Below, one piece after another: positions 38,331 to 51,727 of a DNA stretch of 64,000 bases (position 1 is the stretch's first letter; each line of letters begins with the position of its first letter). The DNA comes from Octopus sinensis. Taxonomy: Eukaryota. The notes beneath the pieces were generated by a model. It did no database searches. It saw only the letters and a list, made by a program, of their open reading frames with translations, and was not told where the DNA came from. The stretch lies in contig NC_043002.1 of assembly GCF_006345805.1 (NCBI RefSeq), forward strand, positions 60,574,001-60,638,000. Reading direction: 5' to 3'. Position numbers and translations under genes: made by a program.

Positions 38331-39289
38331 GCAATAGCAACTGCAGCAACAGCAACTGCAGCAACAACGACGGTGACGATAGTTATCTAGTTACATATAA
38401 GTGAAATTCGTATCGCGAACGTGACTGTTCGACTGACTAGAATTATCAGTCGAATTATTCACAAACCACACACAAAATTCTTTAAAAGAGACATAACTTT
38501 GCATGTTCTCTGTAGAAACAAAAAAACAAAGGTGACATACTTGTAACTGGAAAGTCTCCAGTCATGGTTTTCTTCTGTGAAACTTATTCTAGTAATTTAA
38601 ACTGACATTTTTATAGTATAAAGTAATTGCATATTTATCGCTATTTGATCTGATCAACAACGAAATAAATGTTACAAGCTTTGATATGTCCCAGTTCATA
38701 ATCACCCAGAAAGGAAAATGTACTAGCCTCATTTCTAAAATAATCTTTTTAATTGTCTAAAATATTCTGTATTTGGTGCCTGGCATTTTAAAACAGCAAT
38801 TAGAAAAAAGAAAATAATGCAAATTTCGTTAATAGGTTTCATTATTTATATGTATGTAACTCTTTCGTTCCCCCGCAACAGACGGGCGTCTCGTTCAAGT
38901 GAATTGCGGCCATCTTCATCATTTATACGCCATGGGAACTGACAAATCGGCCTTGTAAGCTGTAGGTCTCAAGAAACCTTTTTAAGAACTGTTTTTGTCA
39001 AGACCAATTAGCAGAGCTGAGAGGATTTAAAACACAAGCAACATTCCCAGAGAGCCCCTGTCGGTTGAGCATCAGATAAATGAAAATACAAACTGGGTTG
39101 ATGTGATGGTTATATTTTTTCTATCTTTGAGTTTCCTCTGAGATCAGCTTCACATTTTTTCGTACTTCTGGAGTAAATAACCTAAAGTACTAGTGAAGTA
39201 CAACGATCAGAGTATCGACGCAATATCATCAATCCTTGCCTCGAGTCCTAGTGCTCGTAGGGATGGTTAACCGGTTTCCGTCGCTTAAA

Positions 39290-39460
39290 GTGACAGACAT
39301 AAAACCATTCTAGTCCGTCGCAAAGTGTATTCATTTACAGCTGAGTGGACTGGAGCTAGATGAAATGAAGGGATTGGGATTGGGGCAAGAGGAGAATGGA
39401 AACGACAATGTTGATATTGTGACTCCAATACATTAACCACTAAACTACACGCCTTCACAC
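39290..39460 (-). mobile_element. Family-4 tRNA-derived SINE, diverged
   Basis: Minus head gtgaaggcgtgtagtttagtggtt and central ctccagtccactcagctgtaaat; related to 45344. Confidence 0.6.
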
Positions 39461-40699
39461 CAACCACATAGATTTTCAATAAAATATGCCAATTTCCCCC
39501 CAATTTCCATCGTTTATTAAAGGATAGAAAAACAATATCCTAATATACACAGCTGTATATTGGTATTAGAAATAAGGTCTTATTGCTCTTGACATTTATC
39601 GGTAATGTAGCTTTTATTTTGATTTGGCAAACATGGACAATGATTTGGGGAATTAAGTAAATGAGAGAATCGTGACATATATTAAACTATCTAAGAGCAT
39701 AAGCGAATAACTGAAATAGCGCTGTACAAAGCGAGAATTAAATGTTAATCAAGGTCTTCACATGGTATAACCTTCGGACTCACTGTACAACTGGGTCCAT
39801 ATTGGTGAAACTTTAAGAAACGTGATAATTGGGAACATGTGATATTCGTAGCATTTTCTAGAATATTATTCCAAATGAAATATCGAATCAGTATTGTTAT
39901 TAAGAATCTAAGGCCATGTAACACTGTATGTTTCTCTTATGCTCTATCTCTCTGTCTCTCTCTCTCTCTCTCACACACACACACTCACTTTGCACCTGCC
40001 TGTCTGATTTCTGTCTGTCCTCTTCATTCTGCCATCTTTCTGTCTCTTTTTCTTCTTCGTACAATATACAAATTTAATAATCAATAGAAAATCAAACCTC
40101 ACAGCTCGATTCATCCTCCTCCTAAACCCTTCGAATTTTTAGACAGCAATTAGACACAATTTTATGTCAATCTTTCGTCAATCGGTTTCATTATTTCGTG
40201 GCCTAGTATTTATACGGCCAGTTTCCATGGCGTACATGGGATTAAGATTGCACAAATCTGCCTGGACGAGCTACCAGAACCCTCGCAAGATGTCTCTCAT
40301 TTACAGTTGAGTGAAGTGGGGTGACGTTAAATGAAGTGCTTTGCTCGACTGCTCGGTTCGGGGGTTGAAGCTTCGATCTTCTGACAGCGGTTCTAATACA
40401 CATTCACAAATATTACTGCAAGTCTTTTACTTGTTACTGTCATTAGATAGCGGCCTTCTGAAATTTTTAGTCGAATGATTGGACCACAGTACATTTTTTC
40501 GTAAGCCTGGTACTCATTTCGTCGGTTCTTTGCCGAAACTCTAAGTTACGGTGACGGAAGTACGGCAAATGCTGCCGAGGTTCACTTTGGCTTTCATCCT
40601 TTCTGGATCGGTGAAATAAGTACCAGTTATGCATGGCTTTCGATGTAATAGATTTCTCTCTTCCCCAAATTTCAAGCCTTGTGCCTATAGGAGAAAGTA

Positions 40700-40717
40700 T
40701 TTTTATCATCATCATCA

Positions 40718-40775
<58 letters not shown>

Positions 40776-41555
40776 CATTATTATTGTTGTTGTTGTTGTC
40801 GTCGTTGTTCTTGTCGTCGTCGTTGTTGTTGTTGTTGTTATTACTGAGTGAGAGATCAGTGCATGTCATCAAAATGGGACTCAGGTAGAAATATACAAAG
40901 CCTGATATACCCACCATGACTACTCGTCTGATAAGTGTGCACCAGGCACAGGCATATGTGTGCGACATTGTGATCTTATATCAAGGTGGATCTTATATGC
41001 AGGTGAGTCCCAGTTAGAATTTTTCCAGGTTGAGTAACCTATCCCGTTCAAAAGGTCTCAATAAAGTTTCTTTAAGGATGAGGAACAAATTACCCATGTT
41101 TCCAAAGGTGAATTATTCAAACCCCACAAAATTCCACTCAACACATGGCTATGATGCTCGCCCACTAATTCTGCTCCTGATCAGAGATGTACATATCGTC
41201 ACCCATCAAGGAACATGCTCAACTGGTTAAAGTCAAGCAACTGACATGCAAATCTGTGGTATTTAGTAGAATATTTGCTGTAGCCAATCATTTATACCAA
41301 GACAAAACAAATGTACATGATAACAATTCCAATCAGTTAAGATCGAACTCCACCAGTGCATGTCATACAGCATTGGTTGCTGGTAGTGTACTTCTAGTGC
41401 CAGCTATCTGCAACCAGTGGACGGATGTGGCTCTTTCAATTGTCAAGAACTTTTCTAAGCATTTTTGCAGTTTCCAGGACTGTTGTTTTCTGTAAATGCC
41501 ACGCTCTGATTCGTGCCGACAACAACTGGGACCACTTCAACCTTTCCATTGCCCA
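40700..41555 (-). mobile_element. 3' end of a REL-endonuclease LINE (long 3' UTR plus (TAA)n tail)
   Basis: WKVEVVPVVVG motif near 41545; ~550-bp UTR shared with 44260-44800; runs into (aat/aac)n. Confidence 0.7.
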
Positions 41556-42277
41556 CAAATATTTATATATAGTAGTTCATATATCTGATTCGCCTTCAAT
41601 TCTTTGTCACGTAATTTATGCAAAGCTGAGCGAGACACATCTAGGATCAAACACACATTGGTGACTTCGCTAATTACCATAATATCCAGTTTGGAATCTT
41701 CAATTTTTGGTAGCATTGTACCATAGAGTCCGATAAAATCATTGCATGGTCATTTTCCATTGTTTTGTGCTCATGCCATTGGCTTGCTCCTTGAAAACCG
41801 TATTTTCTGCATAACTAACACCGAACTATTTTCGCCTCGTTATCATGGCGTCGCCTCTGCCCTTTCTGTGTCAGATTCGTGAAGAGGCTGGTGATATGTC
41901 ACACGTTTTTCTGTTGCAGGTGAGTTGCTAATATTTTAATTAATATCATTATCATTTATCCACAGAGCTTGCTCCTAGACTGCCCAAATTAAAGCTTTTG
42001 TTTCTGGCTTAAGAACACTTTCCCGCATTTATAACCAACACTTCTGAAATCGGTTTCGGTTGCTGCGTCCATGTAAAATTGCTCGTATATTCGCTTTTCT
42101 ATCCATCTTCTTTCGGTTTCGATTGGCTTCTCTTCATTCTATACACACTCTTCGTTGCAATCATCAATTTTCATCCAATTTGACTTTTTCACTTCATGCA
42201 GCAATGATTCCGAAGCAGTCTTTATTAACCAAACCACTTCTGCTCTCACACATCCTACAAAACTACCGAGCTCTCTC

Positions 42278-42336
<59 letters not shown>

Positions 42337-42409
42337 TATTCCTTCACGTATATCCTGTCAACATGAAAGGTTTCGTATTGTTGTTATTATCATGCGAACA
42401 CAGCATTAG

Positions 42410-44130
42410 ATCCGAATAAACCAACATAGTATTAATTTCTATTTCAAGATCTTTATATTTGCTCAAGTTTTGGTAGGTCTTGACATATACATTTATGTCG
42501 ATTGGTTTAGTTATATCGACGAAGAAGCAGTATGTAGGTCTAAAATCCTTCAATATAAAGCATATGTGTTTTCTGTCAGTTTCAACGTTGATGTTCCAAA
42601 GGTGTGAGATGTGGTCATTTTCAAGCACGTACGATGATTTATGTTCCCAACATTTTTAAACATAGAACAAGTCCAAATCTTTGCAAATTAGCCATTGAAT
42701 ATACTGTGCTGTACTATCATGCCTGTTGAGAATTCTGCAAGAAGACTGCACATGGAGACAACATGATTAATGTTTTCATTTTGTTGTTTACATACACGAC
42801 ATGTTGGGCTACTGCTGTTCTTTAAGTGTTTGATCCGGTAGGTTCTTGTAGGCATTGATTTTGAGCTGCAATGATAAAACCTTCTGTCTCTGATTTTAAC
42901 CCAGAAGAAATTAACCATTGATAGGCATGGGTTTTGTCAATACCAACATTATCAGCTCTCTTTGGGTATTTGCCACTCAGAATTATTTGCCATTTATGAG
43001 TAAGAATATCTAAGGCAGCAATTTAGCAAGGTCTTTCATGCGCTTAGCTTTGTCTGTGCTTGATTCCAGTTGTCTAATTCTGGGAGTTGTATTTGGAATT
43101 CACTTAGATAGTCCTTTGCCTGTTTTATTATTGAGCATGATGTTTTCTTTTTTCATGCTTTATGACAAATTTTAGTATCCAGTCATCAGAGTTTTTGAGG
43201 TAAGTGTTTAGACCAATTATGGCAATCTTCATTGTTAATTCCAGTTGTAAAAGTCCGCAGCCACCCTCTTTTCTTGGCAGTAAAATTCATTCCATATCTG
43301 CCTTAAGGTGGTGCATTCACTGTCAAAATTTTCGAATTTTTCGATCAAGCTTACATATTTCAATAATTGACCAATAAAGAATATTGAAACTGTAAGTCAC
43401 GACCGGTTTGGCTAAAGTATTAATCGCTTCGATCATATTTCTTGCGTTTAGCTGTCTTGGGTACTGACCTTATCTTACGATAACATTCGTTTTCTTCATC
43501 ATTGAATATTTGATTCCATCAAATTCATATACCCCAAAGTATTTATAATGTTCGTCTGTTTCTAGTTCCTTTATAACATTCTCTTGGTCAGGTTTAATGT
43601 TGGACGTTTCTGTCCTTTTCCGTTTGATAAACGTAGCTTTTGCGCATTTATCTAGGTCAAATTCCATCCTCAGGTCGTCACATCTAGTAAGTTCTGTAGC
43701 TGCAGATCATTTTAAATCGTCCATGTGAAAGAGATGATTTTTTGTTTTGTCAAAAATTTTATAACCACATTGTGCTTCATCGAGCAATTCGGAAAGAGGT
43801 ATTAAGACTAGACAAAAGAGGAGTGATGATAGAGAATCACTCTGAAAATGCCACGTGAAATTCTTACATTAACAGCATTCAAAGATTCCTTCTCACTATT
43901 CAAAATCAATGTAGTTGTCCATGATTTCATATATACACTTAAGACGTTTCGCAAAGTAGATGTTATTTTATAAATTTCCAGACATTTCTCCATCTAGTTA
44001 TGTGGCAGACTTTCTAAAGCTTTTTTATAGTCTATCCACGCTAACAGGTTCATGGGCCGTTTCTGGCAATCTTTCAATATCATCTTATTGTCGAGAAACT
44101 AATCTTTGCAACCATAGGTCTTTCGATTAT
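42410..44130 (-). mobile_element. R4/Dong-clade LINE, 5'-truncated: RT, CCHC finger and REL endonuclease remnants
   Basis: AWIDYKKALESLPH; MEFDLDKCAK; YKYFG; CRVCKQQNENINHVVSMC; LENDHISHLWN..TDRKH..LSKYKDLEIEI. Confidence 0.9.
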
Positions 44131-44135
44131 ATTCT

Positions 44136-44141
44136 TTTTGT

Positions 44142-44210
<69 letters not shown>

Positions 44211-44800
44211 CATCATCATCATCATCATTATTATTATTATTATCATTACTATCATTATTGAGTGAGAGAACAGTGCATGCCATCAAAGTGACACTAGGTT
44301 AAAATGTATGAAGCCCAGTATACACATCATGATTACCTGTCAGATAAGGGTACACCAGGCACATGCATCACAACCATATGTGTGTGACATATCACGATAA
44401 ACATCGCATGACCTTGCAGGTATGGCCCAGTTAGAATTTTTTTCTGGTCAAGTAGCTCATCCTGCTTAAAAGGTCCCTGAATAAGGATTGTTTAATGATG
44501 TTGAATGAAACACCCTCGTTTCCAAAGGTGAATTATCCAAACCTCTAAGAATTCCTTTCAACACACGGCTATGGTGCTCCCCCACTACTTCTGCTCGTCC
44601 ATCAGAGATGCACATATCATCAGCCACTAAGGGACACGGTCAACTGGTTAAGGTCAAACAACTGACAAGCAAATCTGTGGTATTGAGCAGAATATTTGCT
44701 GTAGCCCATCTTTTATACCACGACTAAACAATGTACCAGATAGCACTTTCATTCGGTTAAGATCAGAAGCCACGAGAGCTACTGCCTGGTACTGCATCAG
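44136..44800 (-). mobile_element. Second copy of the REL-LINE 3' UTR with (TAA)n tail
   Basis: Alignable with 40845-41350 (tgagtgagag..caccaggcac..tccaaaggtgaatta..gcaaatctgtggtat). Confidence 0.75.
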
Positions 44801-45343
44801 GGCAGTTGTTATTGTTATTATTGTTGTTACTACTACTACTACTACTACTAATACTACTACTACTACTGTTATTATTATTATTATTATGATCTGCTGACAT
44901 GGTTTAGAAGTATTAAAGTAAAATTTGTGTCCAAGAAATCTCAATGGTTTTCAAAGTAGCGAAAGCAGACTATTTTCATTTTGTACGATATTATCAACAG
45001 CGACTTTTATTGAACATGTTGGAAAGCTTAACCAATACAGATGATGGACAACAATGTCAAATTTTAAACATTTCCATTTTTATTCTACCGCAAAACAGTG
45101 AAGAATAAAATGGCTATTTGTTCTCTTATCAGGGCAAACGTCTCAGCAAGAAATCATATTCAGAAATTATCAGAAATAAAAATAAAAAAATCTACAAAAT
45201 ATTAATGTTTATACAAACAATCAAAAATTAGAATTAAAAAAAAAAGTACGATAATTCAACGTCCATAAAAACTTACCTTAAAATATATGTTTAACAACAA
45301 CAACAGCAGCAACATCTGTTTACATAAGTCTATTTTGTCATGC

Positions 45344-46220
45344 AGTGAAGGCGCGTGGCATAGTGGTAAGGATATTTGGCTCACGGTCTTCAGGTTGAGA
45401 GTCCGATTCCGGCGGCGCGTTGTTGTTTGGAACAAGGTATTATATTTCGCTTTCTCCACTGAATTCAGCTGGCAAAAATTAACGGCCCTTTTATTTAAAA
45501 GAGCTATCGTTATCACATTCTGTGTCACGCTCAAAATCCCTGAGAACTATAGGGTCGAGCAGAGAGGACGGACTGTTTTGAAAAATTCCCTAAATCACTG
45601 ATTTTTGCTGCCCACTAATTTTACTGACATCAATGTGTTTGTACTGAATTAGCACTTGTCAGAATCAAACGTGGAAAACAACATCCATCATTTAATGTCC
45701 GATTTCACTGATGCATTTCTAAAAGCTTGTCTGACGTGTTCGACATTTTCCCGTGTCCTTACCATTCGTGACGCCCACACCGGTCTCCTCTTCATTAATA
45801 TACCTCGTGTACGAAGTACATCCACGCAACCTAAGTTTGTGCTACCGGTGGGAACAGCCTGATTTCGATGAATGTTGAAGTGGCGCCAAACTCACGCTGA
45901 AATGCTGTAATAGATTCGTTATTCTTCACGTAACAGTCGTAGACAAACACGCGAAGCTCTATCATCCACAGCGCCATGGCCTCACCTGAAAATACACAAG
46001 AAGTGCTTCGACACCATGGTGTACCTGTCGGACATATATCCCTCCCTCTGGGCTTGAATAACAGCCATTTCAAAAACCTCCGTCCTCTTTGACCTGCCCT
46101 ATACATTTATGTTACGCATGGTTGTTGGATGCTCAACCACTTGTACGTTAATTTCACAAGTAGGCTGTTCCGTTAATCGGATTAACTGGAACCCTTGTGA
46201 TCGTAACTGACGGAGTGAAA
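45344..46220 (+). mobile_element. Family-4 SINE split by a mariner derivative (45344-45549 and 46104-46220)
   Basis: Body gagaacta|...|ta..gttaatttcacaagtaggctgttcc is continuous with the homologous SINE body at 7160-7260. Confidence 0.75.
45548..46103 (-). mobile_element. Deleted Tc1/mariner derivative with DUF4817-type N-terminus
   Basis: ~36-bp imperfect TIRs tataggg....ca.agaggacgga...ttttgaaa; RVFVYDCYVKNNESITAFQREF. Confidence 0.8.
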
Positions 46221-47089
46221 GTTTTTTTTCTTGCCATGGAATTTTCTCGAGCAGTATCAAACGCCATCGTTTTTATTTGATTTTATTTTTGCCGTAAGTA
46301 AAGCTCAGAAACCGCTTATATTTTAGAGGTTCTGTAACTCGAGGGCGGCCATTCTTGGGCAGCACGTGAAGCGTGTAGTGGAACAAATAGCCCCGTAACT
46401 CATGTTTTTATTTAAATACGATAGTTATTATATCGGTTTCATTTGTCAAGCCACTAAGTTATGGGAAATTAAACAAACAACACCAGTTGTCAAGTTTCCT
46501 TAGGTGACAAATATAAAATCCTAAGACACGCTCACAATTACACACACACAAGCACACGCGCGCGCGCGCACGCACACACGCACACACACACACACGTGAC
46601 TGGTGCTTTATTTTTTCAGTATTGAAAAGTAACTGTTGCGCCCGGCAAGAGTTCAATTCAGAACAAGGCGAATGGGAAGAAATACCAGAAAACATTTATC
46701 CGACACACTGGCAATTGTATCATCACACTGTCTTTGGTAATACTGATAAAGGAATCCATACAAGCGAAGAAAACAAGTAAGGAAGTAGGCACGGCAGCTG
46801 AGGCTAGCTCGAGATGGCAGTGGTTGATAATAGACAGCAACAGTGGCTCTGAAGACTATCTCACTCCTCACTGCTCCGCTTAGGTGATAGGTACAGGTTA
46901 GCACAGAAAACGCTTGTGACCCTGACATACTTGCTGACGAATCGAAAGGGTTTTCAGCATTGCAGTGAATATAGAAATGATTACAAAACATCCCAGAAAC
47001 ATCTGAAGTTTCTGAGTGGAGGAAAGCATCTCTGATATTTATTTCGCTAGTATTGGTATACAATTCAGTTACAATGCCTGCAATTTTAC

Positions 47090-47480
47090 GGACAGGGCGT
47101 TAGTCGATATATCAACGCCAGTCCTCGATTGCTACTTAATTTTATTGGCTCCGAAATGGATGAAGGTGAAATTTGACATCAATGAGATATGATCTCAGAA
47201 CATAAATATCTAGAAGCAGTATATTTTGTCCGACACACAAACACACGAATCTTATTACAAATGATTGTTGTAAGTTTTGCTACGAAGCTAGCAATATCGC
47301 GGGCAGCAGGTTAGTTGATACATCGACCGCAGTTTTCGGCTGGTAATTTATATCATCAAACCAGAAACAATGAAACGTAAATTTGACCTTGGTAGGATTT
47401 GAACTAAGAACACAAAACCGGAATACATGCTGTTAAGCATATATCCGACGTACTAACGACCTGCTGGCTTTCCGCCTTTT
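47090..47480 (-). mobile_element. Diverged family-3 SINE dimer
   Basis: Two tacttaattttat..gatgaa.g..aaatttgac...gaac units. Confidence 0.6.
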
Positions 47481-47924
47481 CTACAACTAATAATGGTAGT
47501 TATAATAAAGTGTTTTTAATGTTTGTTGTCATTTGAAGCTAACCGTCTTACTTCTTATCGTTTGTTTGCTCTTTATGTGTTTTTAATTTTTTACCCACTT
47601 GTAATTTTATATTTTGATATTATTATTTTTTTTTTGCATTTTATTTGCTGTACGCCATTTTCTTTTCATTTTAATCGCTGTTTATTTATTTATTTACATA
47701 TTTTTATAAAATGTTAATTTCATTTTCATTCTATTTGGCTCATTAATTTGACTCTATTCAGATGAATGTGTGTATATATGTGTATATGATTGCGTATGCA
47801 TGTAGATGCACATGTTTCAGCATATAAAGACGTGTACGTTTGTACACGTCTTTATAGCCCCTACACTCCTCACCTTCTCTTTCATGCTCTCCCTACGTCT
47901 CACTCTGTCTCTCTCTCCCCTATA

Positions 47925-47970
<46 letters not shown>

Positions 47971-48173
47971 TTAGATTTATACACACATCTATATATGCAT
48001 ATATATATATATATATATGTATTAATATGTATTTATGAATCATATATGCATGTATACATATATATATATTTAGGTATATGTACATATATATACATATATA
48101 TATATATATAATATATATATATATACACACGTATATATATGAAGTTTAGGTTAGTTGAAATACACACACACAC

Positions 48174-48248
<75 letters not shown>

Positions 48249-48915
48249 GATGCGCTCGCGCGTCTCTTGCGTGTAGCTGTGTATGCGTATAACTGCTTAT
48301 AGAAATATATTGACATGCAGGATTATGTAACGTATACATACAATATAAGCTTTCTTCTGTGAGTGTGTATGGGTGTGTATAGGAATATGTATATGTGTGT
48401 GTGTTTGTGTGCGTGTGCCTGTGCTCCTGTGCGCTCTATAAAATGAAAGTCGTTTTAGTATATTCATTTATTCAGAAATATGACACTATAACAAATTTGC
48501 GCATTCTTTTATTTTTATATTTATTTTTATTATTAATATTCCAATTTTCGGTACGTATTTTTTTTTTCAATGTTTTATTATTCATATATTTTAATATTAC
48601 ATTGAATTTAAAAGAAGAAAAAAATCGTCATCTTAAGATTTTGTTTACTTTTAGTGTCTGCTTAAAATGACTGAAGTTCTCTCAATCTAACTCAACAAAC
48701 ATTTTATTTTTGTGTCGTCTGCTTGCCTTCTTTAACCGGCGTCATCGTCCGTCATTCAAACTCTCTCACGCATAAACTCTCTTTATCTTTTACTATCACT
48801 TTATCTTCTTTAATTATATCTCCCAACACAAAGTTTTGTTTCTTTGAGGTATTTATTTTTTATGTAGTCCTTTTATTCTTTCTTCCTTTCTATCTTTCCT
48901 TATTTCTGCTCACAT

Positions 48916-48956
<41 letters not shown>

Positions 48957-49667
48957 TACGTGTATGTCATTTAAACACAAATTTGCCAAGTCTCAGTCAC
49001 TCTCACTCTCTCTCCTTAAGTAGGTCTGCGTTTCTACATTTTATTTTATTTTTATTGAGCTACATATCATTAAACTGTTTTATTTATTTTATGCTAAAAT
49101 TCTGAAATGACGTTTGCTATGTTGACGTTACCAAATCATTGTTGGTTCAAATGCCATGAAAATAACTCTTTCGCCTTCTGGGTATGATACACGTTAGTCT
49201 TCATTCATTTATTTCATTTTTGTTTTAGTCATTAAACTTCAGACATAATGAGACAGAGATTTCCAAGGTTTGCTCGAATAAATCGCACCAGCACTTACGT
49301 GTTTTAATGTATGAACCTGATTGATTCTCTCACTCCCTTTGCACGAAATGCGAATTTACGGTGACACGAAGAACCACCGATTGTCAAGCAAGGGAACGTA
49401 AGCAAACACAGTGCTATGTATATACATAGATATACATATATATCTATGATTCAGTTGAAGTAGTTTCTTAAATTGAGGCACCTTCCTATTTCGGTATAGT
49501 CCGCACAATTCAACACTATGACTTGAATATGGAAATTTAAGACCCTGTGTAAGGGTGCTTGTACCTAATATTCCTGCCTTGTGTGCAGAACACGCAACCC
49601 AGGAAAGTGAAGATATCCGCTTTTGGTAATTCAGACATGTGGTTTTTAAATATGTTAATATATATAT

Positions 49668-49712
<45 letters not shown>

Positions 49713-49896
49713 AATATTAGGGGATAAATCCAAATTTACAGGGAAAAATCAGATTTAGGATTGAATCCAATTTTATAGTAAAATATTATATTATATTATA
49801 TTAGAGACAAAACCACTAATATGCAAATCAAACAAAGAAAGACTTAAGCCAATACATAAAATAATTTATATAAATTCAAATTTAACAATTATAAAT

Positions 49897-49951
49897 AACC
49901 ACTACGATCGTTTCGTGTCAGCACATCTTTGAGACATTCTTTGAGGTGGTT
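49897..49951 (-). ncRNA. Inactivated copy of the minimal hammerhead (core reads CUCAAAGA)
   Basis: Minus: aaccac ctcaaaga atgtc..gacac GAAA cgatcg ta gtggtt; identical to 51529-51582 except in the core. Confidence 0.75.
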
Positions 49952-51015
49952 TCAAAACCTAAAATATAATCAATATTTTTAAGATATAAATACTCTATAT
50001 AATCTAAATAAAAATTTACTTAAAATAAACTCTATTATTAAATATGATTATATCGAAATCGACTATAATGTTAAATATTAACTTTAATTTATAAGGTAGA
50101 AAATCCATATTCTAATATCCATTTTAGTCTATATCTACTTATATAGATATTTGAAATGACTAATATATATAAATTATCAATGAAAATATATATAAATATT
50201 ATAATCAAGATCTAAAATAAACTCTATAAACGATTGTATATAATGAAGACCTAATATATTTAATTTCTCATATTTAAAGATGAAATAGCTAATTTCAAAA
50301 AACAAAAAATATATATACACATGCTCATGCACATATATACATGTATGTATATAAACATATCTAAATACGTACACAAACCCACACACACATATATATATCT
50401 ATACATACACATATACATATAGACACAGATATATTTATAATGCAGCCCTATACTTCTACACATTACTTATGCATACTCACACACCCACACATACAATCAC
50501 TCATTCATAAACATATACTCTCAGCAAGACACTAACACACAGGAGAAATAACATCTAGTAGCCGCAGATACTCAACCACATACTTATAGCAATATTTCAT
50601 TCTTAGCAAAATAGTATTAAATACTATATACTATATGTATGTAATAAACATATATAAATACGTAAACAAACACACACACACACATATATATCTATACATA
50701 CACAAATACATATAGACACGGATATGTTTTAAATGCAGCCCTATATTTCTACACATTAATTATGCATACTCGCACACACACACATACAATCACTCATACA
50801 TAAACGTATGCACACTGCAATACACTAACACAGAGGAGAAACAACATCCAGTAGCCACAGATACTCAGCCACATACTTATAGGAATATTCCTTACTTAGT
50901 AATATTGTATTAAAAATACTATAAGTACTATAAACAAAAATTATGAATGGGAATATCATCTAATATAAATTATGCTATTATATTAGACATGACCTAAACC
51001 ATCTTAAGTCGAAAC

Positions 51016-51324
51016 CTATCTATTTATCAAAGATAAATTATAATTAATATTTTGGGATTTAAGTCTCCAAATGTACTTGCTAAGTCCAGTGGAGTTGATT
51101 AAGTTTTTATTTTTAAAAGAATTCAAATGTTGTGCGATTCTTAATTTTATTTTAGAGGAAGTAGACCCTATATATATCGCTTTTGAGTTATTATTATTCT
51201 TAAAATTCTTATCATGTAATGTAACTATATATTTATACACTACATCATTAATATCACATTTATTATTTAATTTACATTTAGATTTATCTCTACATGTACA
51301 GTTTAATTTATATATATTAGTCAT
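51016..51324 (-). pseudogene. Penelope-type GIY-YIG endonuclease remnant
   Basis: NCTCRDKSKCKLNNKC...VVYKY...IYIGSTSSKIKLRIAQHLNSF...STGLSKYIWRLK; the start codon comes from the inverted arm. Confidence 0.9.
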
Positions 51325-51528
51325 TTCAAATATCTATATAAGTAGATATAGACTAAAATGGATATTAGAATATGGATTTTCTACCTTATAAATTAAAGTT
51401 AATATTTAACATTATAGTCGATTTCGATATAATCATATTTAATAATAGAGTTTATTGTAAGTAAAGTTTTATTTAGATTATATAGAGTATTTATATCTTA
51501 AAAATATTGATTATATTTTAGGTTTTGA

Positions 51529-51582
51529 AACCACCTGAAGAATGTCTCAAAGATGTGCTGACACGAAACGATCGTAGTGGTT
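51529..51582 (+). ncRNA. Minimal type I hammerhead ribozyme
   Basis: aaccac CTGAAGA a tgtc-tcaaagatgtgct-gaca c GAAA c-gatc-g ta gtggtt; 6-bp helix I; palindromic helix III acgatcgt; GUA site 51574-76. Confidence 0.82.
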
Positions 51583-51692
51583 ATTTATAATTGTTAAATT
51601 TGAATTTATATAAATTATTTTATGTATTGGCTTAAGTCTTTCTTTGTTTGATTTGCATAATAGTGGTTTTGTCTCTAATATAATATAATATA

Positions 51693-51727
<35 letters not shown>

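Larger units (their letters stand above)
49712..51700 (-). mobile_element. 5'-truncated Penelope-like element with inverted pseudo-LTRs (~390-bp arms 49783-50176 and 51304-51695)
   Basis: Arms are near-identical reverse complements; GIY-YIG ORF lies between them; each arm carries a hammerhead motif. Confidence 0.9.
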
